A stretch of 64,000 nucleotides of DNA, taken from NCBI GenBank assembly GCA_963816395.1, contig CAWFKQ010000010.1, positions 184,651-248,650 of the forward strand, in the 5' to 3' direction. Positions 20,025-31,186 of the stretch are shown here, piece after piece. How positions within the stretch are numbered: the stretch's first letter is position 1; each line of letters starts with the position of its first letter. A program made the position numbers and the translations under genes. This stretch comes from an uncultured delta proteobacterium (GTDB lineage: Bacteria; Desulfobacterota; Desulfuromonadia; Desulfuromonadales; JACZKF01). The notes under the pieces were generated by a model. The model was not told the DNA's origin, did not search any database, and saw only the letters and a program-made list of their open reading frames with translations.

Positions 20025-20627
20025 ATGGCACAATCGGATCTTAACGTTAGTTCACGACCGGTAACGGGCAAGGGTAGCGCCCGCGGACTGCGCCGGCAGG
20101 GACTGGCGCCGGCGGTGGTTTACGGAAAAGGGTTACAGCCCTGCGCTATTGCCGTCGCGCCGAAAGAATTGGAGAAAGCGATTTCCACCGAGGCCGGTTG
20201 GAATACTCTGATCACCCTGCGGGGGGATGGTGAATTCGCCGGCCGGATGGTGATTCTCAAAGATATGCAGGTCGATCCGATCCGTCGGCAAATTCTGCAT
20301 GCCGATTTTCAGGCTATTGACCGCCAGACCAAGACCCATGTCATGGTGCCGGTGCATCCGATCGGCAAATCGGCTGGCGAGAAGGCTGGCGGCAATCTGC
20401 AGGTCATCCGTCATGAACTGGAGGTGGTTTGTCTTCCCGACGCCATCCCCAGCGCCATTGAGGTGGATGTGACGGAACTGGGCATCGGTGATGTGCTGCA
20501 CATCGGCGACCTTGCTCTGCCGCCCGGCGTAGAGGTCTCTCATGACGTTAACTTCACGGTGATCACCATCACTGGCCGCAAGGCGGAAGAGGAAACAGCC
20601 GCCGGCGAGGCGACTGCGGAAATCTGA
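20025..20627 (+). CDS. rplY: 50S ribosomal protein L25/Ctc
   Basis: GKGSARGLRRQG, PAVVYG and HADF; GGAGG RBS. Confidence 0.95.
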   Translation: MAQSDLNVSSRPVTGKGSARGLRRQGLAPAVVYGKGLQPCAIAVAPKELEKAISTEAGWNTLITLRGDGEFAGRMVILKDMQVDPIRRQILHADFQAIDRQTKTHVMVPVHPIGKSAGEKAGGNLQVIRHELEVVCLPDAIPSAIEVDVTELGIGDVLHIGDLALPPGVEVSHDVNFTVITITGRKAEEETAAGEATAEI

Positions 20628-20638
20628 GCGAGGGCAGT

Positions 20639-21211
20639 TTGAAGCTTGTAGCCGGCCTCGGCAATCCGGAGAGCCGTTACGCTGCCACCCGCCACAACAT
20701 CGGGTTCATGGCGGCGCAGCGACTTGCCGAACAGGCCGGAATCGCTCTGAAACGGCAGGGTTACCAGGGGGTATACGGGGTCGGCCGGATAGCCGGCGAG
20801 GAAGTAACCATTCTGCTTCCTCAGACCTACATGAACCTGAGCGGTGCCAGTGTCGGTTCCGCCTGCAGATCCCTCGGCATTGACCCGGGGGATTTGATCG
20901 TTGTCCACGATGACATCGACCTGCCCTTCGGAACACTGCGCATCAAAAGTGGCGGCGGCCATGGCGGCCATAATGGTATCCGCAACATCTGCCAGGCCTT
21001 GGGCAGCGGCGATTTTTTCCGGGTCAAAATCGGTGTGGGGCGGCCACCTGCCGGCGGCGATGTGGCAGGATACGTGCTCAACCCTTTCTCCGCCGAAGAA
21101 CGCCAGAAGTTGGATCAGGTGATAGAGAATTCGGCTCAAGCCTTGACCATCCTCTTGAAATCCGGGTTACAGCAGGCGATGAACGAATTCAACAATCTCA
21201 TCATTTCATGA
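20639..21211 (+). CDS. pth: Peptidyl-tRNA hydrolase
   Basis: GLGNP, TRHNIGF, TYMNLSG and GGHNG; TTG start. Confidence 0.96.
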   Translation: MKLVAGLGNPESRYAATRHNIGFMAAQRLAEQAGIALKRQGYQGVYGVGRIAGEEVTILLPQTYMNLSGASVGSACRSLGIDPGDLIVVHDDIDLPFGTLRIKSGGGHGGHNGIRNICQALGSGDFFRVKIGVGRPPAGGDVAGYVLNPFSAEERQKLDQVIENSAQALTILLKSGLQQAMNEFNNLIIS

Positions 21212-21229
21212 CAGAAGGGAAGAAGTCCG

Positions 21230-23272
21230 ATGGAATTGCAGATGTTCGCACCGATTTTGGGGGTGGCAGGGTTCATCATTGCCATCATGATCTACGCTGC
21301 TATCAAGAAGCAGCCGATCGGCAATCAGACGATGCAGGAGATTTCCGAAGCCATTCATGATGGCGCCATGGCTTTCCTGCGCCGCGAGTACATGGTGCTG
21401 GCGGTCTTTATCATACTGGTGTTCCTGCTGCTGATGATGGGAATGAATATCCAGACCGCCCTGGCTTTTCTTGGGGGGGCTTTCTGCTCCATGACCTGTG
21501 GGTTCATCGGCATGAAGGCGGCCACCCGCGCCAACGTTAGGACCGCTGAGGCAGCCCGGACGGGCGGTCAGGGGAAAGCGCTGATGATCTCGTTTAACGG
21601 GGGAGCGGTCATGGGGATTTCGGTCGCCTCGCTTGGCCTGATCGGTCTCGGTATTGCCTACATCTCCTTTGGCGGCGATCCGGTCACCGCCCAATATATC
21701 AGCGGTTTTGCCATGGGGGCCAGTTCCATTGCCCTCTTCGCCCGGGTTGGCGGTGGCATCTACACCAAGGCGGCGGATGTCGGCGCCGACCTGGTCGGTA
21801 AGGTTGAGGCGGGAATTCCTGAGGATGATCCGCGCAACCCGGGCGTCATCGCCGACAATGTCGGTGACTGCGTCGGCGACACCGCCGGCATGGGCGCCGA
21901 CATCTTTGAGTCTTACGTCGGATCCATCGTTGCCACTATCGCCATTGCCGCCGCCGCTGGCGAAGGGTTGATGAGCACCTTGGCTGGTTCGCCGGTCATT
22001 GCGGGCAGCGACCTGTTTAAATTGACCCAGGCTAACGCTATGCTGCTGCCGCTGGTGCTGGCAATGGCTGGCCTGATCTTTTCCCTGATCGGCGTCGGCT
22101 CCATGCGCTTCCTCAAAAATATCGACCCAGCCGCTGCCCTGCGCTACACTACTTTTGTGGCCGCCGGCCTGTTCTTGGTCGCCGCTTACTTCATTATTCA
22201 CGCTATGCACATCAGTAATGGCGTCTTCTGGGCGATCTTGGCCGGGACCGTCGCCGGCATCGTCATCGGCCTGATCACCGAATACTACACCTCGTCTGCG
22301 CCCGTTCAGCGCATTGCCGAGGCAAGCAAGACCGGTCCGGCCACCAACATCATCCATGGTCTCGCCGTCGGCCTGGAAAGCTGCGCCGCTCCCATTCTTG
22401 TCATCTGCGTCGGGATCTATGTGGCCAATTTTTATGCCGGTCTCTACGGCATCGGGATCGCTGCCGTCGGCATGCTGGCTACTGTCGGGGTGACCATGAC
22501 CGTCGACGCCTATGGCCCGATTGCCGATAACGCCGGCGGCATCTCCGAAATGGCCGGGCTTGGTCCCGACGTGCGCAAGATCACCGACGGTCTGGATGCC
22601 ATCGGCAATACGACTGCCGCCGTCGGCAAAGGATTTGCCATCGGTTCCGCTGCACTGACCGCTCTCGCCCTATTTTCCGCCTATGCGACAGCGGTGAAGC
22701 TCACCTCTATCGACCTTATCAACCCCATGGTGGTGATCGGCCTGCTGATCGGTGGCGCTCTGCCCTTCTTCATCGGCGCCCTGACCATGACTTCCGTCGG
22801 GCGCGCCGCCGGCAAAATGGTTGACGAAATCCGCCGCCAATTCCGGGAAATCCCCGGTCTGCTCGAAGGCAAGCCTGGAGTCAAGCCGGAACCTGCCAAA
22901 TGCGTCGACATTTCCGCCCGGGCAGCGCTGCGGGAGATGATCCTCCCAGGTTTGGTCGCCGTCATCGCGCCCGTATTGGTCGGATTTTTCATCGGCAAGG
23001 AAGCTCTCGGCGGCATGCTCGCCGGGGCCACGGTGGCTGGGGTGCTCCTCGCTCTGATGATGTCCAATGGCGGCGGGGCCTGGGACAATGCGAAAAAATT
23101 CATTGAGAAGGGGGAACTTGCCGGTGAGAAGAAGGGGGGCGAGGCGCATAAAGCGGCCGTCGTCGGAGACACCGTTGGCGATCCCTTCAAAGATACATCC
23201 GGACCGGCAATGAACATCCTGATCAAGCTGATGAGCGTCGTCTCCCTGGTGATCGCCCCTCTCCTCGTCTGA
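21230..23272 (+). CDS. hppA: Membrane-bound K+-dependent, probably Na+-translocating pyrophosphatase
   Basis: [28 protein letters not shown] and [14 protein letters not shown]. Confidence 0.95.
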   Translation: MELQMFAPILGVAGFIIAIMIYAAIKKQPIGNQTMQEISEAIHDGAMAFLRREYMVLAVFIILVFLLLMMGMNIQTALAFLGGAFCSMTCGFIGMKAATRANVRTAEAARTGGQGKALMISFNGGAVMGISVASLGLIGLGIAYISFGGDPVTAQYISGFAMGASSIALFARVGGGIYTKAADVGADLVGKVEAGIPEDDPRNPGVIADNVGDCVGDTAGMGADIFESYVGSIVATIAIAAAAGEGLMSTLAGSPVIAGSDLFKLTQANAMLLPLVLAMAGLIFSLIGVGSMRFLKNIDPAAALRYTTFVAAGLFLVAAYFIIHAMHISNGVFWAILAGTVAGIVIGLITEYYTSSAPVQRIAEASKTGPATNIIHGLAVGLESCAAPILVICVGIYVANFYAGLYGIGIAAVGMLATVGVTMTVDAYGPIADNAGGISEMAGLGPDVRKITDGLDAIGNTTAAVGKGFAIGSAALTALALFSAYATAVKLTSIDLINPMVVIGLLIGGALPFFIGALTMTSVGRAAGKMVDEIRRQFREIPGLLEGKPGVKPEPAKCVDISARAALREMILPGLVAVIAPVLVGFFIGKEALGGMLAGATVAGVLLALMMSNGGGAWDNAKKFIEKGELAGEKKGGEAHKAAVVGDTVGDPFKDTSGPAMNILIKLMSVVSLVIAPLLV

Positions 23273-23296
23273 AGCGCGGAAATCACCTGAGCTGAC

Positions 23297-23330
23297 CGAT
23301 AGCCGGGGTCCTGCCCCGGCTATCGCTTTT
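23297..23330 (+). terminator. Rho-independent terminator after hppA
   Basis: CGATAGCCGGGG-TCCTG-CCCCGGCTATCG-CTTTT. Confidence 0.7.
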
Positions 23331-23354
23331 ACAGACTCGCAGAAGAGAAAACAC

Positions 23355-24451
23355 ATGGGCTTCAAATGCGGCATCGTCGGCCTGCCCAACGTCGGCAAGT
23401 CGACCATCTTCAACGCCATTACATCCGCCGGGGCCGAATCGGCCAATTATCCTTTCTGTACCATCGAGCCGAACGTCGGTGTGGTGGCCGTTCCCGACCC
23501 GCGTCTGGATACCTTGGCCCGCCTCGTCAATCCGCAGAAGGTGGTCCCGACGACTCTGGAGTTCGTCGATATCGCCGGCCTGGTGAAAGGGGCAAGCCGG
23601 GGGGAGGGGTTGGGTAACCAGTTCCTTGGGCATATTCGGCAGGTAGACGCCATTGCCCATATCGTACGCTGTTTCGAGGACGAGAATGTCGTGCACGTCG
23701 ACGGCTCGATCGATCCCGTGCGTGATGTTGAAGTCGTTCAGACGGAGCTGAACCTGGCCGATCTGGAGACGGTAGAGAAACGTATCGGCCGCACCGAAAA
23801 ACAGGCCAGGAGCGGCGACAGAAAGCTGCAGGCCGAACTGGCGGTTCTGCTTAAGCTCCGGTCCCTGCTAAATGCCATGCAGCCCGCCCGGGCCGCCGAA
23901 CTGAATGACGAAGAACGGCAGGTTCTGAGAGAGTTGCATCTGATTACCGCCAAGCCGGTCCTGTACGTCGCCAATGTGGCGGAGGACGATCTCGACGGAC
24001 GCCATCCGCACGTCGACTCGGGTGCGGCGACTTGCCGAGGCGGAGGGGGCGGAGATGGTGATGATCTGCGGCAAGATCGAAGCCGAGATTGCCGAACTTC
24101 CGCCGGCTGAAAAGGATGAATTCCTCCGTGAGTTGGGTCTGGTTGAATCCGGCCTGGACCGGATGATTCATGCCGGTTATCATCTGCTCGGGCTGATTAC
24201 TTACTTCACCGCTGGTCCTAAGGAGGTCCGTGCCTGGACCATCACCCGAGGCTACCCGCGCGCCCGGGGCTGCCGGAGTGATCCATTCGGATTTTGAGAA
24301 AGGGTTCATCCGTGCCGAGGTAATCGCTTACGACGATTTCGTCGACTCCGGCAGCGAGGCGGCGGCCAGGGAGAAGGGGCTGCTGCGGCTGGAGGGAAAA
24401 GAATACCTGGTGCGGGATGGCGACATCATGCATTTCCGCTTCAATGTCTAG
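23355..24451 (+). CDS. ychF: Redox-regulated ATPase YchF (two frameshifts ~24015 and ~24250)
   Basis: [22 protein letters not shown] and [19 protein letters not shown] and [12 protein letters not shown]...FRFNV follow in successive frames. Confidence 0.95.
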
Positions 24452-24459
24452 AATATTTA

Positions 24460-24488
24460 TTGAAATTCCACCCATATTGTGCTAATAA
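24460..24488 (+). promoter_or_regulatory. sigma70 promoter of the rpsF operon
   Basis: TTGAAA-N17-TAATAA with extended TG. Confidence 0.55.
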
Positions 24489-24527
24489 ACTAAGTTCTTT
24501 TCAGACTGGATGCCAGAGGGGCGTCCA

Positions 24528-24572
24528 CTCCTTGCTCCGGGCCGTTCCCGGGGCTCGTCAACCCGTGAGGAG
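24528..24572 (+). promoter_or_regulatory. S6:S18-binding rpsF leader RNA
   Basis: CTCCTTGC pairs with GTGAGGAG (the SD); inner hairpin plus unpaired CCG just before the SD strand, as in the known rpsF leader. Confidence 0.7.
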
Positions 24573-24580
24573 AAAACCGA

Positions 24581-24958
24581 ATGCGCACCTACGAAACGAT
24601 CTTCATTGTCCATCCGGATTCGGTCGGTGACCAGTATGCCGGCATCATTGAGAAGTTCAGGAAAGTGCTGGAAGAGCAGGGCGCTAACATTCTCAAGCTG
24701 GAAGAATGGGGCACCCGCAAGCTGGCATATTCCGTGAAAAAGCAGGTTCGCGGCACTTTCGTGCTGGTTGCCTACGAGGCTGGTCCCCAAGTGATCGCCG
24801 AATTCGAACGGCGTATGCGGATCGATGAAAGCATCATCAAATTCCAGACCGTTCATTTGCCCAAGGGTCTGCCGGCGGTGAAGGAAGAGGCCGCGGCGCC
24901 GGCTGCGGAAGAGGCCAGTGAAAGCGAAACTGCCGCTGAGGAAACCGAAGAGGCTTAA
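24581..24958 (+). CDS. rpsF: 30S ribosomal protein S6
   Basis: MRTYETIFI and WGTRKLAY; acidic tail. Confidence 0.96.
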   Translation: MRTYETIFIVHPDSVGDQYAGIIEKFRKVLEEQGANILKLEEWGTRKLAYSVKKQVRGTFVLVAYEAGPQVIAEFERRMRIDESIIKFQTVHLPKGLPAVKEEAAAPAAEEASESETAAEETEEA

Positions 24959-24988
24959 AGTTAACCGATCAGATGGAGGATCACCTAT

Positions 24989-25258
24989 ATGGCAGACGAT
25001 AGAAGACCCGCCCGCCCCGCCGCTCCTCGCCGTCGCTTCATGCGGCGCAAAGGCTGCCGTTTCTGTGCTGACAACACCCTTCGCATTGACTATAAAGAAG
25101 TGCGTACGCTGCGCTATTTCATATCCGAGCGGGGCAAGATCGTTCCTCGCCGTATTTCAGGAAACTGCGCAGATCACCAGAGAAAAGTCACAGAAGCCAT
25201 CAAATTGGCCCGAAATATCGCCCTGCTGCCTTTTACCGCCGGGCATTCCCTGGACTGA
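24989..25258 (+). CDS. rpsR: 30S ribosomal protein S18 (Zn-binding C+ form)
   Basis: [23 protein letters not shown] and HQR. Confidence 0.97.
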   Translation: MADDRRPARPAAPRRRFMRRKGCRFCADNTLRIDYKEVRTLRYFISERGKIVPRRISGNCADHQRKVTEAIKLARNIALLPFTAGHSLD

Positions 25259-25282
25259 TCTGAAGTCCGGGAACGGATAACG

Positions 25283-26209
25283 ATGGGACAGCAGCTGCGT
25301 TACCTGCTGATCGGAACCCTGCTGACCCTGCTGCTGCAGTTGGCAGCGGGGCTGCTGGGGCCGTTCGGCCTGCTTTTCAACTTCTTCGTCCCCTTTCCGG
25401 CCGCCTTCACCGGCATGCGACGGGGGGCAGCGTTGGCTGGCGGCGTCGTCATGCTGACGGCAGCGGCCCTGCTCGGCATGGGCGAGGCTGCGGGTGCGGC
25501 CGTCTACTTCCTCCAATTTGGTCTTGGCTCCTGGATGCTGCCGCTGCTGCTGCGTCGCAGGTGGCCATGGGATCGGACGGTAGCTGCCATCCTGCTGACC
25601 CTGACGGTGGTATCCGGCCTGACCTTGACGGCCTTCGCCGCCACCCACCAGGAGCCGGTTGGTGCCGTGGTCGAACGCTATCTGCAGGGGGAGAGAGCGC
25701 GGGCAATGGCCATCTACCGGCAGGCTGGGGCGTCGCCCGAACAGGAGAGCGAATTGCAGACGATCACCGAACAGGTGGCCAGCTTTCTCGTACGGGCCTG
25801 GCCTGGGCTGGGGGTCGTCGGCACCGGCGTTCTGCTGCTGCTCACGCTCTTTTTTCTTGCCATTGCAGCAAAGGAGCGCTACACGGTGCCAGGACCATCT
25901 TTCCGTCTGTGGAAGGCCCCGGAAAACCTGGTGTGGCTCCTCATTGCTGCCGGCGCTGCCCAACTCCTCAGCGGAGGAGTCCTAAAACAGACGGGCCTGA
26001 ACGTGTTGCTGGTCATCATGCCGGTCTACTTTCTGCAGGGGCTGGCGATTGTCCACTACTATTTTCGCAAGAGGAATGTCTCGCCCCTCTTCAGCAGCCT
26101 GAGCTATCTGATGATTACGGTCCTCAATCCCCTGCCCCTGGTGGTTACCGGAGTAGGAGTCTTCGACCTCTGGGTCGATTTCCGCAAACCGCGGATCACA
26201 AGAACCTAG
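25283..26209 (+). CDS. YybS/DUF2232 family membrane protein
   Basis: Polytopic membrane protein with YFLQGLAI and GVFDLWVDFRK; usual position between rpsR and rplI. Confidence 0.85.
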   Translation: MGQQLRYLLIGTLLTLLLQLAAGLLGPFGLLFNFFVPFPAAFTGMRRGAALAGGVVMLTAAALLGMGEAAGAAVYFLQFGLGSWMLPLLLRRRWPWDRTVAAILLTLTVVSGLTLTAFAATHQEPVGAVVERYLQGERARAMAIYRQAGASPEQESELQTITEQVASFLVRAWPGLGVVGTGVLLLLTLFFLAIAAKERYTVPGPSFRLWKAPENLVWLLIAAGAAQLLSGGVLKQTGLNVLLVIMPVYFLQGLAIVHYYFRKRNVSPLFSSLSYLMITVLNPLPLVVTGVGVFDLWVDFRKPRITRT

Positions 26210-26230
26210 ACCCCTGAACGGGAGGATATA

Positions 26231-26678
26231 ATGAATATCATTCTGACGGAAAATGTGGATAACCTCGGCAAAATTGGCGACATGGTCAAGGTCAAGCCCG
26301 GTTACGCGAGGAACTTCCTTGTCCCCCGCAAGCTGGGCATCGAGGCCAACCCCCGTAACCTGCGCGAGCTTGAGCACCAGAAGCGGCAGATGGAGCGCAA
26401 ACGCCAGCGGGTTACTCAGGAGGCGGAGGTGCTGAAGACCCGTATCGAGGGAGTTGCCTGCGTTTTCGCCCATCGGGCCAGTGAAGAGGGCAAGCTTTTC
26501 GGGTCGGTTACGGCGATGGAAATTGCCGAAAAATTAGCTGGCTAGCGGCATTGAAGTGGACCGCAAGAAGATTCAGTTGGCAGAGCCGATTAAAACTCTT
26601 GGTGAACACCAGGTGCCGATCAGGTTGCAGGCCGGAGTGACAGCCAATATCAAGGTCCTGGTCAAGGTAGAGGAATAA
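26231..26678 (+). CDS. rplI: 50S ribosomal protein L9 (frameshift ~26540)
   Basis: VKPGYARNFL and GKLFGSVT; continuation GIEVDRKKI...PIKTLGEH in the shifted frame. Confidence 0.95.
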
Positions 26679-26711
26679 GGCAGGATACGAAAGCCGGGAA
26701 AGGAAAATCCA

Positions 26712-26743
26712 GGGGCGTAGGGGCGGATTTTGCCCTTCGCCCC
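26712..26743 (+). terminator. Hairpin between rplI and dnaB
   Basis: GGGGCGTAGGGGC...GCCCTTCGCCCC imperfect inverted repeat. Confidence 0.4.
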
Positions 26744-26875
26744 TGAGATTGCTGCCGCTGGCTTGAGTGTCCGATTCATGGCCGGCCATGCACTTTCCCC
26801 TGTCCCTGTCCTTGCGCTCATAGCGGCCGGAAATATTCGCCCCCGCGTCTGCCGTTCTGCCGGAGCCGTACCCGC

Positions 26876-28249
26876 ATGTCCGATGCCCCTGTCCCATCCC
26901 ATCGTCTTCCCCCCCAAAGCCTGGAAGGTGAGATGTCCGTTCTCGGCGGCATCCTGCTGGAGAATGACGCACTCAACAAAACCCTCGAGATTCTGCGTGC
27001 CGATGATTTTTACCGGGAAAGTCACCGGAAAATTTTTAACGCCATGCTCGAACTTTCCGAGCGCCGGGAACCCGCCGACCTGGTTACCCTCACCGCCGTG
27101 CTGCAGCAGCGTGGAGATTTTGATGCCGTAGGGGGAGGATCCTACCTGACCACCCTCGCTGACTACGTTCCTACCGCGGCCAATATCGTCTATTACTGCC
27201 GACTGGTTAAGGAAAAGGCACTTGCCCGCCGCCTCATCCAGGTGGCGACGGAGATCGCCACCCGCGGCTTCGAAGGGGGCGATATCGAGGAGAATCTCGA
27301 CTGGGCGGAAAAATCGATTTTCGAGATTGCCGGCATGAAGTCCCGGCCATCCTATTTCTCCACCCGCGAGATCCTCAAGGACACCTTCAAAACCATCGAG
27401 AAGCTCTTCGATCGCAAGGAACTGGTCACCGGCGTCCCTACGGGTTTCGATGACCTGGATGCAATGACCGCCGGCCTGCAAGGGGCCGATCTGGTGATTG
27501 TCGCCGGCCGTCCGTCCATGGGGAAAACGGCCTTCTGCCTCAATTTGGTTGAAAATGCGGCCATCCACACCGAAACGCCGACTCCCACCCTGTTTTTTTC
27601 CCTGGAGATGAGCAAGGAGCAACTGGTGCAGCGGATGCTCTGCTCTGTCTCTCGAGTCGACGCCAGCCGCTTGCGCACTGGCCATCTGGGAGAATCGGAC
27701 TGGCCCAAGTTGACCAACGGTGCCGGCCTGCTCTCTGAAGCGCCGATCTTTATCGATGATACCCCAGCCATCTCCATCCTCGAACTGCGGGCCAAGGCAC
27801 GCCGTCTGAAGGCGGAAAAAAACCTCGGACTGATCGTGGTCGACTACCTGCAGTTGATGCGGGGGCACAATTCCGAGAGCCGACAGCAGGAAATCTCGGA
27901 AATCTCCCGATCGCTCAAAGCCCTGGCCAAAGAACTCAGCCTGCCCGTGGTCGCCCTTTCCCAGCTCAACCGCTCCCTTGAGAACCGAACCGACAAGCGC
28001 CCGATCATGGCCGATCTGCGCGAATCCGGCGCCATCGAGCAGGATGCCGACGTCATTCTGTTCGTCTATCGCGAGGCGGTCTACTGCGAAGCCTGCAAAA
28101 GCAAGGAGAAGACTTGCGAAAAAGGGCATGAGCGGGATGCCGAAATCGTCATTGGCAAACAGCGCAACGGACCTATCGGGACCGTTCACCTCACCTTCCG
28201 CGGTGAATTCACCCGGTTTGAGAATCAGGCCAGAAGGAATGAATTCTGA
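26876..28249 (+). CDS. dnaB: Replicative DNA helicase (no intein)
   Basis: GRPSMGKT, FSLEM, VDYLQLM and DLRESGAIEQDAD. Confidence 0.97.
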   Translation: MSDAPVPSHRLPPQSLEGEMSVLGGILLENDALNKTLEILRADDFYRESHRKIFNAMLELSERREPADLVTLTAVLQQRGDFDAVGGGSYLTTLADYVPTAANIVYYCRLVKEKALARRLIQVATEIATRGFEGGDIEENLDWAEKSIFEIAGMKSRPSYFSTREILKDTFKTIEKLFDRKELVTGVPTGFDDLDAMTAGLQGADLVIVAGRPSMGKTAFCLNLVENAAIHTETPTPTLFFSLEMSKEQLVQRMLCSVSRVDASRLRTGHLGESDWPKLTNGAGLLSEAPIFIDDTPAISILELRAKARRLKAEKNLGLIVVDYLQLMRGHNSESRQQEISEISRSLKALAKELSLPVVALSQLNRSLENRTDKRPIMADLRESGAIEQDADVILFVYREAVYCEACKSKEKTCEKGHERDAEIVIGKQRNGPIGTVHLTFRGEFTRFENQARRNEF

Positions 28250-28303
28250 GGCTGCCCTCCCCAGACAGGTGAGGCTCCTCTTTCTTGTCTGCTGTCTAGA
28301 ACG

Positions 28304-28328
28304 AAACCGGGCTTTGTCCCGGTTTTTT
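28304..28328 (+). terminator. Rho-independent terminator after dnaB
   Basis: AAACCGGG-CTTTGT-CCCGGTTTTTT. Confidence 0.7.
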
Positions 28329-28330
28329 GT

Positions 28331-28359
28331 TTGACACGCCTTTTTTCTCAGGCTATAAA
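28331..28359 (+). promoter_or_regulatory. Near-consensus sigma70 promoter
   Basis: TTGACA-N17-TATAAA. Confidence 0.7.
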
Positions 28360-28439
28360 ATAATTAAAAAATGTGAATAAAAGACCTCCTGGACGGCAGT
28401 TGTTTCAGATTGCCTGTCTAGCGGTGGGGGAGATTCTAA

Positions 28440-29639
28440 ATGCTAGCCGAGACATTCACGGGAGACCTGTACTCCGGATTTGTCCGGAAGGTAGTGGCCC
28501 CACTGTGGGCGTGGCAAGGGGGCCGTTCGAGGCAGGTATATCTCCGACGGTTCGAGAAGGCGCACGTCCATTCTCCAGCGGAGACCCAGTGCAGCCAATG
28601 GCAGAGATTGCAGCAATTGCTGCGACATGCCTGCCGCCATTCCCCATTCTATGCCGAGCGGATGCATGCATGCGGCATGCGGCCCGAAGATTTCCGGACC
28701 TGGCATGACCTGGGCCGACTTCCCTTCCTCACTCGCGAGGAGGTTCGGGCGCACCGCCAGCGACTGCTTGCCTCTCCCCCGGTCCAACTGCTGCCGTTAC
28801 CGAACTCCTTAGGAGGGGGCGACCCCGAGTTCGTCATCGATGGCGCCGGTAGACGGTTCAAACAGGCCAACTCCGTCGCTTTCCGGCAATGGACCGGCTG
28901 GCGTCTGGGGGAAAAGATGGCGGAAATCGGCGAACACCCCCGGCAACCGCAGAGTTGGCGGCAGAAAGTGTTCAATCTGTTGCTGGAGCGCTGCATCACT
29001 CCCGACACCCTGCCCATGGATGAGGCTGCAATGCTGCGCTTCTACCGGGAAATCCGCCGGCAGCGGCCGACACTTCTGTCTAGCCCGTCCAGCGACCTTC
29101 TTCTTTTCGCGAGATTTTTGCGGCATCTTGGATTACAGGATATCCGCCCCCGCGGAATCATCAGCAGCACAACTGCCCTGAATGACCTGGAACGCCGGGA
29201 GATCGAAGCCCAATTCCATTGCCGGGTGACCAACCAACACAGCTCGCCTGGGATCGGTCTGATTGCCTCCGAATGTCCGGAGCACCGCGGCCTGCATCTT
29301 AACCTCGACACTGTACTGGTTGAGATTCTTCGCGACGGCAGCCCTGTTTCCTCCGGTCAGCCGGGGGAACTGGTGGTGACCGATCTGACCAACTTCGGAA
29401 TGCCGCTGATCCGTTATAGAACTGGCGATTTCGGCATCCCCTCCGAGCGCTCCTGCCCCTGCGGCTGCCGTTACCCGCTGCTGGAGACAATTATCAGCGG
29501 CAGCAGCTATCAGTCGAGACACCCCGGTCCCGAACGTTTGCCGGCTGAGTGTCTGGCCCACCGCCCGGGAATGAAAATAGGGTCGTCGCCTCGCTCCTGC
29601 AGCGTTCCCGATTCGTCCATGGAGCGTTTCTGTTCCTGA
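28440..29639 (+). CDS. Phenylacetate-CoA ligase/CapK-like ANL-family protein, degenerate
   Basis: HSPFY, LPFLTRE, IASEC and GELVVTDLTNFGMPLIRYRTGD; P-loop degenerate. Confidence 0.75.
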   Translation: MLAETFTGDLYSGFVRKVVAPLWAWQGGRSRQVYLRRFEKAHVHSPAETQCSQWQRLQQLLRHACRHSPFYAERMHACGMRPEDFRTWHDLGRLPFLTREEVRAHRQRLLASPPVQLLPLPNSLGGGDPEFVIDGAGRRFKQANSVAFRQWTGWRLGEKMAEIGEHPRQPQSWRQKVFNLLLERCITPDTLPMDEAAMLRFYREIRRQRPTLLSSPSSDLLLFARFLRHLGLQDIRPRGIISSTTALNDLERREIEAQFHCRVTNQHSSPGIGLIASECPEHRGLHLNLDTVLVEILRDGSPVSSGQPGELVVTDLTNFGMPLIRYRTGDFGIPSERSCPCGCRYPLLETIISGSSYQSRHPGPERLPAECLAHRPGMKIGSSPRSCSVPDSSMERFCS

Positions 29640-29726
29640 GTTCCCTCCCTCAATAAGGGTGTTTGCATCGCTCCGGGCGCGGGCTATACTGACGTGCAAA
29701 TCAAAACCGGAAGGAATGCGGTATTT

Positions 29727-30134
29727 ATGCAGATTCCCAACAGTTCGCACAGCGTGGCCATCGGGTATATCCTCTGGCTTTTCGGCTTCACAGGTTCCCA
29801 CCGCTTCTATTACGGCAAACCGGTTACCGGCACCATCTGGTTCCTGACCTTGGGACTGCTGGGAATTGGATGGCTGATCGACTTGTTCCTGATTCCCGGG
29901 ATGGACCGAGTTGCAGACCTGCGTTACCGCTCGGGAAGGATCAATTACAATATCGCCTGGATTCTTCTCACCTTCCTCGGCCTTTTAGGGGTGCACCGGA
30001 TGTACATGGGCAAGTGGATCACCGGAATTATCTACCTCCTCACGGGAGGGCTCTTTTCCCTTGGCTACTTCTATGATTACTGGACCCTGAACAATCAAAT
30101 AACGGAAATCAACACAGGCGAGCTGCACCCCTGA
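29727..30134 (+). CDS. TM2-domain (NINE) membrane protein
   Basis: Two TM2 repeats: GSHRFYYGK and GVHRMYMGK. Confidence 0.88.
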   Translation: MQIPNSSHSVAIGYILWLFGFTGSHRFYYGKPVTGTIWFLTLGLLGIGWLIDLFLIPGMDRVADLRYRSGRINYNIAWILLTFLGLLGVHRMYMGKWITGIIYLLTGGLFSLGYFYDYWTLNNQITEINTGELHP

Positions 30135-30191
30135 GGGAAGGAAATGGGTTTCGGGTGCTCCGAAAATGACCTGGAGCAGGAAGGAAGGGAA

Positions 30192-31186
30192 ATGGAAAAA
30201 GACTGGAGTCCTGGACGGCTGCTGGAATTATCGGGAAGCTATTGGCAGACCTGCGCTCTGCATGCCGGAGTGGCCCTCGATGTTTTCACATTGCTCGGCG
30301 ACGAGAAACTCCCGGCTGCGGAAATGGCCGCGCGTCTCGGAGGGGACCCGCGGGCAACGGCCATGCTGCTCAATGCCCTCACCGCAATGGGGCTGCTGAA
30401 TAAGCAGGGGGAAAATTTCTTCAATACCCCGATAGCCGCCAACCATCTGAGCCGTGACTCGGATCAGTATCTTGGGCATATCATCAAGCACCACCACCAC
30501 TTGGTGACAAATTGGGCGCAGTTGCCGGAGGCGGTACGCAGTGGCGAATCCGGTGCGGCAGGGAATCGCCCAGGCCGATGAGGAACGGCGGGAAAGTTTC
30601 CTGCTGGGGATGTTCAATCTGGCCAACCTGCTGGCGCCGGTGCTGGTGAAGCAGGTCGATCTGCACGGCCGCCGGCGCCTCCTCGACCTGGGAGGGGGGC
30701 CTGGCACCTATGCCATTCACTTCTGCCAGCAGAATCCAGAATTGAAAGCCTCGGTTTATGATCTGCCGACCACCCGGCCCTTCGCCGAAAGGACCATCGA
30801 GCGTTTCGGCCTGAAGGAGCGAATCGATTTCCAGGAGGGTGATTTCCTGCGCGACAAAATCAATGGTAGCTTCGATGTGGCCTGGCTCTCCCATATTCTG
30901 CATGGCGAAGGGCCGGAAGGTTGCGCCCGGCTCGTTGAAAAGGCGGTGACCGCTCTGGAGCCGGGGGGGCTGATCATGATACACGAATTTATTCTCAACG
31001 ATGACCAGGCCGGGCCGCTCTTCCCGGCCCTCTTCTCCCTCAATATGCTTCTTGGCACAGAGGCCGGGCCAGGCCTACTCGGGAGCGCAGATCGCCGCAA
31101 TGCTGGAGAACGCCGGGGTGCGACAGGTCCGCCGCCTCCCTCTTGAACTGCCGGGGGAAACGGGCGTAATTGCCGGTTTGGTCTGA
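30192..31186 (+). CDS. SAM-dependent O-methyltransferase, methyltransf_2/dimerisation type (two frameshifts ~30550 and ~31065)
   Basis: Winged-helix N-terminus, LLDLGGGPG, GDFL and LSHILH. Confidence 0.85.

Noticed and set aside
26876..28249. Intein in DnaB
   Set aside because: Normal 457-aa length with contiguous motifs.
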